Positions 1 through 12,772 of a stretch of 49,842 nucleotides of DNA are shown here, one piece after another. How positions within the stretch are numbered: position 1 is the first letter of the stretch; each line of letters begins with the position of its first letter. The position numbers and the translations under genes are program-made. The DNA comes from Macrostomum lignano (lineage: Eukaryota), in contig NIVC01004337.1 in assembly GCA_002269645.1 (NCBI GenBank), positions 1 to 49,842 of the forward strand, written 5' to 3'. The notes beneath the pieces were generated by a model. It saw only the letters and a list, made by a program, of their open reading frames with translations, had not been told where the DNA came from and did not search any database.

Positions 1-860
1 AGTTGATGTTGTCTACAACTCACGGCCGCACGAACATGTCCATCTGGTCGTCAGTCAAGGCAGGACTCTGAGCAGCCTGAAAAGTTCAGAAGTTGTATCT
101 ATACAACGCTATTTGGCTGAATTTGATACGAACTTCGAATGCTAAGGCGAAGCCTTCATCACTAAGCTCTGAAACCTGCCAAAAGCAAGTAATCTACTAT
201 CTACTTGTGTAGATCGCAATAACTATAAAAAATTGCTTACTTTCACAACTTTAAACATGTTATATGAAGCTAAATCTGTTTAATATAACAAAAGATGATC
301 AAAACGAAAAAGGGCTGCTACACAGAGGCTAAATGAAATAATCAATTCGGACTTACAGCTGTGGCAGCCAGCACCAGAATACTTATGAAAATTTTCATTG
401 TAGCTTGTAAACACTTCGCTAGCTTGCATGAACAGATACGAGCCAACTGATTAAAAATTTACCCACAACAGGAATACTAACCATGTCTATATATATCCGA
501 ATTTAACTTCCTCCAATTATCCCACCGAGAACAGCTGATTGCAGGCTTGAGGTCAGTTGAGCTTCGATTATAATAGTTGCTTCACAACATGAAAGCCATC
601 CGATGGTTTGGTTGGCAAGCTAATTACATATTTTTTAAACTCTCCACTCTGTTCATCGAGATGGGAATGAGACAAAGTTTTAGCTGTCTCCGGCTCGGCA
701 ACTGAACTTTGAGTTAGGAAATTGCAGTTTAATTTTGAGATGGTGGCAGCGCTAATTTTCCCTACGCAGCTTCAGCTGATCCGGTGAATCCCATTTAATC
801 TAACCTAATAGCCCTAACTGGCCAATTCAGCTAATTCAGCTAGTAGCGAATAAATGTGAA

Positions 861-1277
861 GTAGAAAGTGACAGATGAAGGCCGAAGAGAGCAAGAACAA
901 AACCTCGTCGAAGTGACAGATGAAGGCCAAAGAGAGCAAGAACTGAACCCCGTAGAAGTGACAAACTGAACCCCGTAGAAGTGACAGATGAAGGCCAAAG
1001 AGCGCAACCCCGTAGAAGTGACAAACTGAACCCCGTAGAAGTGACAGATGACTGAACCCCGTAAGAAGTGACAGATGAAGGCCAAAGAGAGCAAGAACTG
1101 AACCCCGTCGAAGTGACAAACTGAACCCCGTAGAAGTGACAGATGAAGGCCAAAGAGAGCAAGAACTGAACCCCGTCGAAGTGACAGATGAGGGCCAAAG
1201 AAAGCAAGAACTGAACCCCGTCGAAGTGACAGGTGAAAGCCAAAGAGAGCAAGATCTGAACCCCGTCGAAGTGACAA
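861..1277. repeat. Minisatellite of a 45-bp unit (AAGTGACAGATGAAGGCCAAAGAGAGCAAGAACTGAACCCCGTCG) interspersed with a 23-bp deleted variant (AAGTGACAAACTGAACCCCGTAG)
   Basis: Repeat units read directly from the sequence. The three overlapping minus-strand ORFs (814-1303) are translations of this array. Confidence 0.9.
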
Positions 1278-1943
1278 TTACAAATGAAGACTAGAGAGAA
1301 CAAACTCCGAACTCCGTTAAACGTTCAGGAAAGGATTCCTAAATAGAAAGTGCTTAACAATGAGAAGAAAGGATGCCATCGCATACACATCAAATAGTGA
1401 CTACTTTGAGTAGGAACAAGCGCGCTGGTGTGCAGCGATATTCGGCACATGCAAAAGGTTTTAGGCGTCCCTTCATGTAAGGTATATATGTAAACCGATG
1501 CTTGTATTTATACATGTGCATGTAAATTATTGTAGTTTAAACTAGCAATTAAGCCCCCTTCGGTGGACCTTTACTACGCGTGTACCTAATTTACCCGTTG
1601 AAATTCTAGGTTGTACGATTATGAGATTTTCCCGCCAAAGTTTTCCTGCAGCGAAGTTTTTTTCCGCAGCGAAGTTTTCGTGTCGAGATTTTGTTGTCGA
1701 TATTTGGCAGTTGACACACCAGTGATATGTACATCGCATTCTTATTCTATGATTTCTGGAAGACGGCAGGAAAACTACTGGGGTTCCAGTGGATTCAGGG
1801 GCTCCAGAAGAGCGCCAAAGTATCGGAAAATATCGCGCTCCCAGTGTTCCATCGATAGACCAACCCAATGCTTACCTGTCAGCCAAGTTAACCATGTACT
1901 AACTTTAGACTCCTTACCTCAAGACCTATTAAACATTGTTATT

Positions 1944-2556
1944 GTATACTGTCCGTCAAAAGTTCCGGAACCCTTGCTACGATGTCTTCTAGCGGACATA
2001 ATTTCAGTCCGTTTCAATTGTAACTTGATTCAAATGAAAGCTGCGGATCTCAGCTCCATGATGTGGTCAAGAAAAAGTTTATTCGAAGGAGCGCGTGTGA
2101 ACAGGCCAGTGTTATGTACATAAAGGTTAGAGAAAAAAAGTGAGGAAAAGACAAACAAGCAATTGTTTTTTACTCTTTTTTACTCTCCCATGAAAGCTGA
2201 CTGCACAAGAATCCATAAGAGCCTGTTGATTTCAACACAAGTTTTGGCCATAGACTAATGTTAGCCAGGCTGAACACTGCGCGCAAACCGATTCCTTCCC
2301 ATGTGTGTTTGCTCCATAGACTCAGCAACCATAGACAATTGCTTGTTTGTCTTTTCCTCACTTTTTTCTCTAACCTTTATGTAAATAACACTGGCCTGTT
2401 CACACGCGCTCCTTCGAATAAACTTTTTCTTGACCACATCATGGAGCTGAGATCCGCAGCTTTCATTTGAATCAAGTTACAATTGAAACGGACTGAAATT
2501 ATGTCCGCTAGAAGACATCGTAGCAAGGGTTCCGGAACTTTTGACGGACAGTATAC
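1944..2556. mobile_element. MITE / non-autonomous DNA transposon with ~220-bp terminal inverted repeats, probably Tc1/mariner-type (TA target)
   Basis: 1944-2166 is a near-perfect reverse complement of 2335-2556 (GTATACTGTCCGTCAAAAG...CTTTTGACGGACAGTATAC), with a ~170-bp spacer. This is why ORFs 1611-2123(+) and 2377-2601(-) share the same peptide. Superfamily is inferred from the TA flanks only. Confidence 0.85.
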
Positions 2557-2996
2557 CATGACCTTTTTGCCTAGCGGGCACTCAGATCCCTTCAATACCA
2601 TAGACTACATTTAAGCCCGCATGAATTGAAAAAAGTCTAAGTCAAAACTTTCATTTAATGCCCGCAAATTTTCGGGCAGTTTAACAGCAGTTTGACATAT
2701 ATTTTCAAAAGAACACGAGCGCGATATTCTCTGCATTATTCCTTATGTAGCCTAGTTGGTATTTCGAGCTTTCAATAGATACGGAAATCAGGCTTGCGAG
2801 ACTGAAACTTTTCTGTCTATGGTCGGCACTCGTTGGCATAGCAGAGTTGAATCCTTGGGGCATCAATTTGATCATTCTAATCATATAACGTTAGATATCC
2901 AGTGCTATAACACAAGTCGTTTACTTATCATTGAGAAAATCTAAAGCAGAACATTACTCTAAACAAATAAAAGCTTTAGCGTTGGATGTCGTCGAG

Positions 2997-3540
2997 TCAG
3001 GCTGGAATAAACCTCAGCATCTGCCGGTACCAGCCTCCGCATTTTGCAACGGTCACTTCACGGGTTGCGTCCTCTGCAACCCTCTGTAGGACAAGGATTC
3101 GCCACTCTCGTAGCAAATGACCATCAGGCGGAGTGTCTTGCAGTTTTGGTTGAGCCAGCTGGCATTTTATGGCTGCCTTCAGGCAGTCGTGCGCGTTCTC
3201 CACAGGATTGAGGAATGGCGAGCATGGAGGCCACCAGGCGCCAAGCGGGCTTAAATTGATCTGGGATTGCCACTCCATGATGAAAACGGGCTCCATCCAT
3301 GATCACACAGAACTCCTCGCCATAAGGTACATCACCACGACTCGTCACGCATTGCACCAGATTATTGATGGACGTCTGGAACCTGACTGCCGTCGTAGTC
3401 TCTCCGAGGATCATATGATGTAAAAACAAATTAAAAACAGGTTTCGCTGACAGTAAAAATGTGCATTGAATGCATAGAATGATCAAATTGATGTCCCCAG
3501 GATTAAATTGAACTCCGTTATACCAACGAGTGTCGACCAT
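2997..3540 (-). pseudogene. Degenerate IS630/Tc1-like DDE transposase fragment
   Basis: CVIMDGARFHH (second catalytic Asp motif) in ORF 3124-3540 and PPCSPFLNPVE...LK (catalytic Glu motif) in ORF 2997-3296, separated by a frameshift. Weaker remnants may extend to ~4140. Confidence 0.75.
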
Positions 3541-5089
3541 AGACAGAAAATTTTCTGTCTCGGAAGCCTGATTTCCGTATCTATGATTAAATTGAAAGCT
3601 TGCAGTACCAAGTAGGCCGCAAAAATGAATACTAAATCAGCGTATAATAACTCGGAAACATGTCGATGCAATCATAAAACATAGAACAAATGTCAGTACT
3701 AAGATGCTTAAACTCATCAGTTATTCCACTTACATGTAGATAAAACACTTGATTCCTTCCTTCTCCAGCTAAACAGTTGGCTCCCGCTGGCTCTCAGTCG
3801 CGGTGGTTGCAGACGCGACCTTAAACGCACTAGAAACAGACAGTTTAGCAGCAGTAGAAGCTGACAGTTCAGCAGCCAGAAAAGTCTTCACTCTTCCAAG
3901 CATAGATCGCCGTCTGCTTCTCTGTTGACTGTACAGCAGAGGCCTTCTCCAAATTAGCAATCTAACTGAGGATAATCGGTCGCCCATTTGAGGTTAATCG
4001 GTCGTGGTGAGCATGAAGTCTTCGATTATGCTTGATTCGATGGCTAGAAGTCCATCAAATTGCGAAATTGCCGTCCACAAACTCCACTTCATCGGTGCCT
4101 AATGCGGCTATCTCTCCTTCAAGAATGCCATTATAATTGATCATTTTATTGCCTTCACATGTAAACTGTATATGCTGTACTGCAACGTGTTTCTAGACTG
4201 CTGTGCTGCATGACAAGCTTCGTTTTTATCAAATGAAAGTGTCTGTGGTTGACATCGTCCATGATTCCATAGCATATAAACGCAGAATTAAGGCAAAACA
4301 GGGGAGCTTGTGTTCAACCACGAAGTCAGAAAGACAAAAGCACTTTGACTCATATTTTTGTTTGATTAAAAAACTTGCCTAGTAAATTCCTGTTGCACAG
4401 CGCAAGTCGGAGGTCAAAAAATTATGAAGCCCGAATTTTTGCAATCTTCAAGCCCAGCCAGAGGAAAAAGAAAATTCCATGCTCAGAGGAAGACTTCCAC
4501 TTGTATCTGCTAAAAGTGGCGCATCAGTTTGGAAAATTACCCCGCACTTCCATGCGGCTGAGGGCGCTATGATTACAAAAAATCTTAAGTTGTGGGGACT
4601 TTTTGATTTTTAGATAAAAATATGAAGTCATGTGGTATTTACGGTAGAAAATGGGTTAGAAGTGTTTTCATTTTGGTAAAATTCTGCAGAAAACTTTTAA
4701 ACGCTTTAAGTCGTCCAACATAAATCATTCATCTTCATACATTTGCTGCAGACTATCCATAAAATGGCCAAACTGTCGCAATTTCTGGGCCGAATATGAG
4801 CTTTGCCACCTAAAGCTGTGACTAACTCGTATGAATTTTAATTACATGTATAGCTGAAATTTGCATTATTTGCATTAATCTGATCCAATAAATACTTGTT
4901 ATTCCCAGTTATTCCCATTAGTTTTACATGGCCTTTTATTTTAAATCATTGAATTCATTGAATAATACGAGCCATAGTTGCTGAAAAGTACAAAAAATCT
5001 GAAATCTTTTTCTAACCAAATTTCGACAATTTTATATTATATATTTATAGAGATTGAACTTTGGCAGTCTCGTTGACTAACTCAACGGC

Positions 5090-5420
5090 CTGGAGGGGGT
5101 TGGCTACAGTTGCTCTAATTTCAGGTGTGTAGCGCTCCTTTCAAGCGCACTAAAGAGTTGTCCAGCGAATCACCTCTTTTGCAGCTGTATAACTGTGCTG
5201 TGTGCGTTCATGAACATTGCAGTGCTAATGCGCTTATTAAGTACAGGGCTTTGGCCCAGAGCGGGATTGTTTGTCTCGGTAACTAACTCGGTTACAGCTT
5301 TATTCTGGCCCACTTCCCGTAGCGGCTTTTTTTGCCAGGCATTTTCAAGAATGGCGCCATAGTGTGATCGAACCTGAACCCCCAATCTCTACAAGTCAGC
5401 CTTTGCCATGGGTGTGACAC
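5090..5420 (-). mobile_element. Possible tRNA-derived SINE remnant
   Basis: Minus strand has TGGCAAAGGCTG (A-box-like) followed by GGTTCGATC (B-box-like) at tRNA-like spacing. No cloverleaf, tail or TSD confirmed. Confidence 0.25.
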
Positions 5421-5726
5421 TTTTGGTCATTTATTAAGTCACCTTGAATCCGCCGTAGCGGTGCGCAGGTCTTTCCACCGCAGAGTATTGCTTTTCAGTT
5501 AGCGCGTGAAGGAAGGTTTACTAGTACCTTCCCAGCGGTTTATCAGTCAAGTTTGAATTCGGCACATTGGAATTTCCCCCTAAGGTAACGAACATTGTCC
5601 CCCACCATTCCAAGCCGGTGCTATAAATGGAGCCACTTTGCCAGGGCGGAGAGTTTGGAGAGCAGAATTTTGGCTTAGAACTCCGTCTCTTTTAGCCAAC
5701 AAATTTCAAGCTCTACCCAACCAGAA

Positions 5727-7577
5727 ATGGATCCGACCTCCGAATCCCTGCGCGTTCGCCGGCTTCGCTGCCCTACGGTGCCATGCCTACTCTGTCTGTG
5801 CCCAGCGCTTCTGCTGCTCGAGCAGCAGATTCTGCTTGGCGCGCTGGCACTGCTTTGCTGTGCACTCCAGCTGACCCAGGCGAGGGCCCTCATCTTGGCG
5901 AGCACTGGCCTCGGCTCCGTGAAGGATCTGCGCTGGGCTGTAAGCAAATTTCTCAACTCTGACGCGTGTTTGCATTTTGTAGCATTAAGAACACGCCAGG
6001 AATAGCTGTAGAACTATATTATGTAGATTTGGCTTCTCTAAAATGCACCCCACAAGCTACAGAAATGAGTGACATCTTCACTTGTATTTGTATTCCCAGG
6101 ATAAATAGTTGCAGTTTCAATCAAGTTGGTTTTACGGCTTTATAAAAGGGTATTAGAAGCTAATAGAAAAGGTCCTACGCTCGTACTCTGAAAAGAATTT
6201 CAAAACTGGCGCTACATATCACGCCATGTGTGAGGTACGTCAGACCTAAAAATAGACTTTGATCAAACTTTCGTTATCTCTCGCTTTTTTAAGTTTTAAA
6301 TAAAAAACCTTAAACGCAGGGCATTAGCGATTAACCAAGGTCTGCAGAACTTTACTACTTCAACTTTGCCTCAGACTGTGCCCTTTGGCCCTTGGTGGAC
6401 TGTTGAGCTATCGCGTGAAAAACTTAGCAGTGGACTAGACATTTGAAATTTAGCTTGAGCAGACATGCCGGACTTATTGCCACTTTTCCCAGTGTAAAAC
6501 CTTTCTACAACGCCCGTTTCTTTTATATTTCAGCTCCAAATCTACCGCAGGTTACCACTGAATGCTTTCTCTCGCCTTTGGGGCCGCTGCCACCAGCTTC
6601 CGTTACCGTTGTTCGCTCGAAGCCCAGCCTACCGTCTGTACAGCAAGCTATGCAACTGCAACCTCGATGAGGCCGACTTCAATGACCTGCGTGAGTTTCG
6701 CAACCTTTCTGAGTTCTTTAGACGCTCGCTCAAGCCGGAAGTACGGCCCATCTGCCCAGCTGCACGCATTGTCTCACCCGCTGACGGGACTGTGCTGCAC
6801 TTCGGACGTGTAGCGAGTGGCCATGTCGAGCAGGTGAAGGGCGTCACCTACACTCTACAAGGGTTCCTCGGGCCAGACCCTCTCGGAGACAATGGCTCAT
6901 CGGAGTGCTCTACGTCCCCGATGGACCGAAAGCTGCAAGATTCCGAGTACCACGACCATCTAAAGCAAAATCCAGAGAATGAACTGTACCACTGTGTGAT
7001 CTATCTCAGCCCAGGCGATTATCACCGGTTTCACTCATCTGTTGACTGGACAGTGCACAAGCGACGCCACTTCCCGGGCCATCTGCTATCTGTCGCACCG
7101 CGCATCGCAGGCATGATCCGGGGGCTGTTTTGCATCAATGAGCGGGCCGTGTACATGGGCAGCTGGCGCCACGGCTTCTTTTCTTACACGGCAGTCGGGG
7201 CCACTAACGTGGGCTCCATCAGCGTTTTTAAGGATGAGGTAAGAGCTGCTTTTGCTATTCGGATTCAAACATATTTTGTTCCAAAAAATCGACAAGCACA
7301 GACACGAGTATTAGCACTGATTAGATTCTTCATAAAGTTTCTAACTATCACTCGGATCCCCCTTTCACAACAGGAGCTACGAACGAACCGAGGCGGCGCA
7401 GGCTTCCAGGACCGCATTTTTCCTGAAGGAAGCTTTGTTGCAGGCAAAGGCGAGCTTTTTGGCGAGTTCAACCTGGGAAGCACTGTCGTGCTGTTGTTTG
7501 AAGCGCCCAAGAGCTACCGCTTCAGCCTCCGAACGGGACAGAAAATTCTGGTCGGCCAAAGCCTGGGCACCGAGTGA
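5727..7577 (+). CDS. PISD: Phosphatidylserine decarboxylase proenzyme; exons 5727-5939, 6534-7238, 7374-7577 (373 aa)
   Basis: GT-AG introns in phase 0 give a continuous frame: RWA|LQIYRRLPLNAFSRLWGR, FRNLSEFFRR, SPADG (Asp), GDYHRFH (His), AVGATNVGSI and GEFNLGSTVVLLFEAP (LGST autocleavage Ser). The N-terminal start is less certain than the rest. Confidence 0.95.
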
Positions 7578-9534
7578 ATCTTAACTGAGACTTTATTATT
7601 TCGTGTATAAAAGGGATTCGGCGTTTGCACGCTCACTGAATGTTAACAGGTGTGTTTTGCTTCTCTTTCTTGAGAAGCAGCATGTCGCTGATGAATCCTG
7701 CACTTTATTTTTTTACCTTTTTAGTTTTTGTCTCTGCTTTAAACTGCCGCTAAAGATTTAGAACTCAGTATACAGTGAAGTACGTAGGATCCCTGCATTT
7801 AATTTCACTCAGATTCCTTAGTCACCATAAAACTTCGAGATGGCTGCAACCTTGCATTTTTAGTTTTTTAGTCTGGAGTCTGAACCCAGCCCTTTAAGCA
7901 ACCAATAGTTATACAGATTCGGTGGCATTTACATGGTCGGGAGGTTAATTCTCACATAGAGCAACTAGATAGGATTGCATTTAGTTTTTCAGCAGTTTTG
8001 ATTTGGCGGCAGTATTTTCTTAGAAAAATAGGATGCATACTCGTATATAACTGAGCCTGTCTGCGCAGTATAATTCAAAATATCGAATTCTTGAATGCGT
8101 GCGCCTTTTATTGCTAGAAAATGAACAAAACTTGATATTCTAGCCTGTATGAATTTTTTCTACTCATTTTTACTCCATTGGCAATATTAAAATACGACTG
8201 TCATGCTACTTGTTATCCCCTTAACATTTTTCATCTTTCCATTCGTAAAATGTGTTTTACAGTATTTTGTAAATACATTTACGATTTCTAGCCTCGATTC
8301 GAGGCATAAATCGTCGAGGACAGTTCCTTGGTGAGTTGTCCTCTGAGCCAATACCAATCACCAATGTGTCCGATATGGTGCACTTTTGTTTTTTGTGTTG
8401 CTAAATAAACAATTAAAATGCAACTTGGTGAGCTGGTTAAATAGCCAAGTATAATAAGGAAATGGGATAATTTATGGATTTGCAGTTGAATGCAATCACG
8501 ACACAAATACAGAGGCAAATAAGAGGCTCAAGTGTACATTAACCTTTAGCGATAGTTCCATTCTGCTCGCAATTTGGCAATACAGCAGTCAAGTATAGAA
8601 GCCATTTTAATGTTTCTGTCAAGAGAGATAACTCGATGCTTTTGAGTAGCTAAACAGCAACATAATTTAAATGTGTGCACCTCTCTTGCACTAATATTTT
8701 AATTACAAGTACGCACTGTTACACTGATTCTCTATAAATGGCGTTATTAGGTTTGCTACGTTGAGGTAAAATTTTAATCAAAAAGTTATATTGAAAGGCT
8801 TTATCACGGGTTAATTGAAAAGCCGTCTATGAGTATTTCTATATCCTTATTTGTGTAGTTCAGAAATTTAGAGGTCGAGACACATGAGCACTTAAAAACA
8901 GGTAAATCAAAACAAAATTTCAATAAAAGTGTATTGAACTTTGCTTATTGAATACATTTACATTTTGCTAACTTTATTCCAAAGTCAGTTGGTGTCCTTG
9001 AATTTGCAAAACAAAAAGTGTCACCACTCCGGCCCGGCAGCAAAGCAGACGAAGATGTTGCTGATCAAAAATTGGTTTAAACCACACAGGGCAAGGTAAC
9101 CATTTTATGATGCTACGAGTTGTTGCCTCAGAGGAAATTTTTATTCAATTTTTATCTTCTTAGCGATGCGCTACACAGTCCACCAAGTATACAGTCGCCG
9201 TCTTCGGTGAAAAAATCACCAATGCGGCATTACCGGTATCGCCGAGCCGTTCAAGCAACCTGTTTCACCGTTGCGACTGGCAGGGCACTTCATCAGCTGC
9301 CCACAGGGCTCCGTGCATGAAGTGTTGTTGCTTACGCTGCAGGCTTCCTAGCACAAGAGTACAAGAGCGGTTGAGCAGTCGCTGAATGCCAGTTGGCTGA
9401 CCCCGGATTCGTTCATATTCAAAACCAGGCCCTAATGTGCACCTTGTGATGCTTTTTTGACATTCAGCATACCTTTTGCTTTTACACATCAGGACTTGAA
9501 GCTACAGTTAGTATCTGGAAAATATGACAGCCCG

Positions 9535-10395
9535 TGAGGCTGACCTGCAGTCCGAGGCCCTGCCTGACCCCCAGAGGGCGGCGCTGTTCCAGGCGGTGAT
9601 CGAGACCGTCCTGTTGTACAACGCCGAGATCTGGGCGTTGACGGAATCGCTCGAACAGCAGATCGATGCAGCGCACGCTGTCCTGCTGCGCGCCGCCATC
9701 AAGATCGGCAACGAGCGAGTCACCAATGCGGCACTCTATCGCCGCATCGGCCTGTCCCGTCCCAGCGAACTGTTGCGCCGTCGACGACTCCAGCTGGCAG
9801 GCCACATCATCTGAGCCGAGTCCTACTGCCCATAGCCGGTGCGGGAGGTGCTGCTGCTGATGCTGAAGGCACCCTACCGGCGAGGACAGGCGCGCACTCA
9901 GCGTTTTGTCGACTGCCTGCTGGCTGATGCTCCTCTCTGATACTCTACGACTACACTTGAGTAGTAGAATTCCTCTCTGATACTCTACGACTACACTTGA
10001 GTAGTAGAATTCCTCTCTGATACTCTACGACTACACTTGAGTAGTAGAATTCCTCTCTGATACTCTACAACTACACTTGAGTAGTAGAATTCCTCTCTGA
10101 TACTCTACAACTACACTTGAGTAGTAGAATTCCTCTCTGATACTCTACGACTACACTTGAGTAGTAGAATTCCTCTCTGATACTCTACGACTACACTTGA
10201 GTAGTAGAATTCCTCTCTGATACTCTACGACTACACTTGAGTAGTAGAATTCCTCTCTGATACTCTACGACTACACTTGAGTAGTAGAATTCCTCTCTGA
10301 TACTCTACGACTACACTTTAGCAGCAATGCGCCCTGGACACTGCCGTCGGGGTGGCCTACGTTCGCGCTCAGGTCCCGAAACGCGCCCTGTGACG
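9535..10395 (+). mobile_element. 3' fragment of an RTE-like non-LTR retrotransposon, interrupted by a tandem array
   Basis: Translation FQAVIETVLLYNAEIW...RRRLQLAGHII...RRGQARTQRFVDCLLAD matches the post-RT C-terminal region of RTE-type LINEs. It resumes after 10330 (PDTAVGVAYVRAQ-like). Contains in-frame stops. Confidence 0.75.
9931..10318. repeat. 40-bp tandem array, 9.7 copies (TCCTCTCTGATACTCTACGACTACACTTGAGTAGTAGAAT)
   Basis: Head-to-tail units with no spacers. Copies 4 and 5 share one G>A change. An EcoRI site (GAATTC) forms at each junction. Confidence 0.98.
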
Positions 10396-12082
10396 TTGTC
10401 TTGCCTCTTATGACTCGCTTGACTGGCTGACAACATACGAGCCGTATTTTGTTGTTGTTGGAAAATAAGACACTACACTAACTTTTTGCTGGCACATTGT
10501 CACAGTGAGTTTCCCCCCGATTGTTTTGCAAGCTTTTCCAGGTGAATTATCAAAATCTGCAACTGGTATTTGTCGGGAAAAGTTAATTTTCTTACCGGAA
10601 TTAGCCCAAACATGGATACGAGCTAGCATTTGTTTCTTATCAGATTTTTACCTGTAAATATCAGAGGGCAGTGAGATTTTTAATGCACAGATCTTCTTGC
10701 TCTGATCGTCACCCTAGCTGCATACAGCCATATAGGGAGAGAGAAGTAGCAGAAAATAGAATTGTAACAGCTGCTGACAGACAGATCGAAATGCATGGAT
10801 CGTGGCCATTAGCTACTACCCACCTGTAAGATTCTGTATTATTGCTCGTATAGAAGCTTTCTGGCTGGGCAGTAAGCTATACCTGTACAGAAACTGCTAG
10901 GTAGGTCTTGGTTGAATACCGTTAGCCTCGGGACACTGCATACACGGCTAAAGGGCACTAGGCACACAGAACACCTGAGTTTTTTGCTCGTTTTTCTAAG
11001 CTCTAGGGCAGGCAAACGAACTTCCGAGATGTCAGCAAGTATATCTCTATCTGTGGCATCGCTGCGGGCCTGTAAGGACTACGTTTTGTTCCATGGACGA
11101 ATATTTGCCATGGTAACAAGCAAATCATGCTCTCAATGACATAGACAGATCATAGGACAGGGTCATAGACAGGTCAATAGACAGGAGATCAAAGACAGGT
11201 TCAGACGGGTAGAGACCAATGCTGATAATTCTGATGATGCTGCAAATCCCGAGAAGGCTGACAATTCTAAGAATGCAGAAAAGCTTAGATATAGCATAGT
11301 ATTTTTACTCACGTAAGCTAAATGAATTTCCGATCTTGAAAGAGCTTTTAGGTTTTGAAAATTTGAAAAAGTTCTGTTGCTAAGATAGCCAAGACTCTTG
11401 TTGTTATTTAGCCTGTATGTTCGCGCAGAGCGCGTGCTCAATTGAAACCAAAGAACCAAAAACCATTAGTCACGTATATTTATAGCAATGACGCTACTTT
11501 TTACCTCGTTTGACAGTTACAACAAAATAAGCTTTGACCAGAAAAAGGTTTAGAGAGGAAAAAATATACTGTTTATTTTATTCGCTTTACTAACCGTGTG
11601 TGTTGAAATCCAGGTGATGTATCGAATTTTACACGTTTCCCATATTGTTCAGGAAAAGGGGGAATGAACTGACAGTAAAATAATAAACAGCCGAATAAAA
11701 TATTTGACGATAGAGAAAATTGACAGAATAGAAAAGTGAGAGAAACTTTGATGCATTAACATTTGGAGTAACACTGGTGGTTATGCTTAAGTTAGCTTAG
11801 TTTAATAATTTTATACACTATTGACACAACAGAACGTTTTAATGTAAGCATTGTGACAGTTAAGTTTTGTGGTATACTCGTATTCCATCGGCGACTCAAA
11901 AATGAATGAGCATAGAAGGAGGTATATATGAGCGAAAAAAGAAGAGCAGGAAAAAAGAAGTTGCGAATAAAATAGCTATTTGATCAGTGAGAAGTATAAC
12001 GAATATGCGAATATATATTATTTGTTTCTCGTGTCACTTTCACGTAGCTTATCCAGTTCACTGACAGACCGTTCACTTTGAC

Positions 12083-12772
12083 TTAGTGGTGGTGTGTGCT
12101 GGCGACCTTGTTTTTGCCGCTGTTGTCCTCGAAAAACATAAAGTCGATAAGCAGCACAGCAGCGACAAGCGTTGCCTTTGTCTCCACGGCCATGTCCTGC
12201 GGCACCTCCAGCAGAAACGTGTCAGCATCAGTGAGTATCTCCTTGGCAAAGCCGGCCCACTCTTTGTGCAACCGTCCAACCTCGTGAGTCTCATCAGAAG
12301 ACATCATGCGGAAGGTGTATTTCTGTCCGGGACAGCGGCAGCCGCAATAGCACGGACCTTTTAGGTGCAGAACAACCATACCGTGTGAATCTCTAATGGT
12401 GAAGTTGGCGTTGCATGCGCTGCACTGCTGAAGCACAAATCCAACGATGTTGCCCTGTGGGGCCTCCACAGTGACGCTATCCCGACAGCAGCTGCAGCAA
12501 CTGCAGCACTGACCAATAAAAAAGCACTTGTAGTCGCGAACTACTCGAATAACGTTGCGTCCGTTTGGATCCGTGATATTAATAGTGAATGCACGATGCG
12601 CACCGCAGCACATGCGACCACAGAGACCTGTGCTTTCCTTTGCCCTCAGGAAAGTCACTCCAGCGCCGTCTTTAATCTCATACTCATTGTTCGTTTCGAA
12701 ACCTGTCACAGCTTCAATGAGCTCAACTTTCTGCTTTACCTGAATTTTTTCAAGAGCAGCAAGGCGATCCAT
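12083..12772 (-). CDS. Phospholipid scramblase (PLSCR family), intronless, 229 aa
   Basis: Scramblase motifs VKQKVELIEAVTGFETNNEYEIK, CCGAHRAFTINI, Cys cluster CCSCCSCC, VGRLHKEWAGFAKEILTDADTF and KATLVAAVLLIDFMFFE. Orthology to a specific PLSCR paralogue cannot be assigned. Confidence 0.95.
   Translation of the reverse strand: MDRLAALEKIQVKQKVELIEAVTGFETNNEYEIKDGAGVTFLRAKESTGLCGRMCCGAHRAFTINITDPNGRNVIRVVRDYKCFFIGQCCSCCSCCRDSVTVEAPQGNIVGFVLQQCSACNANFTIRDSHGMVVLHLKGPCYCGCRCPGQKYTFRMMSSDETHEVGRLHKEWAGFAKEILTDADTFLLEVPQDMAVETKATLVAAVLLIDFMFFEDNSGKNKVASTHHH

Noticed and set aside
1611-2601. Duplicated gene YCPSKVPEPLLRCLL on both strands
   Set aside because: Arises from the MITE inverted repeats.
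6609-7577. Intronless, bacterial-type psd acquired by horizontal transfer
   Set aside because: The 322-aa ORF reads through a GT-AG intron, an upstream spliced exon exists, and the motifs match animal PISD.
9931-10318. CRISPR array
   Set aside because: Units are contiguous with no unique spacers, there are no cas genes, and the context is eukaryotic.
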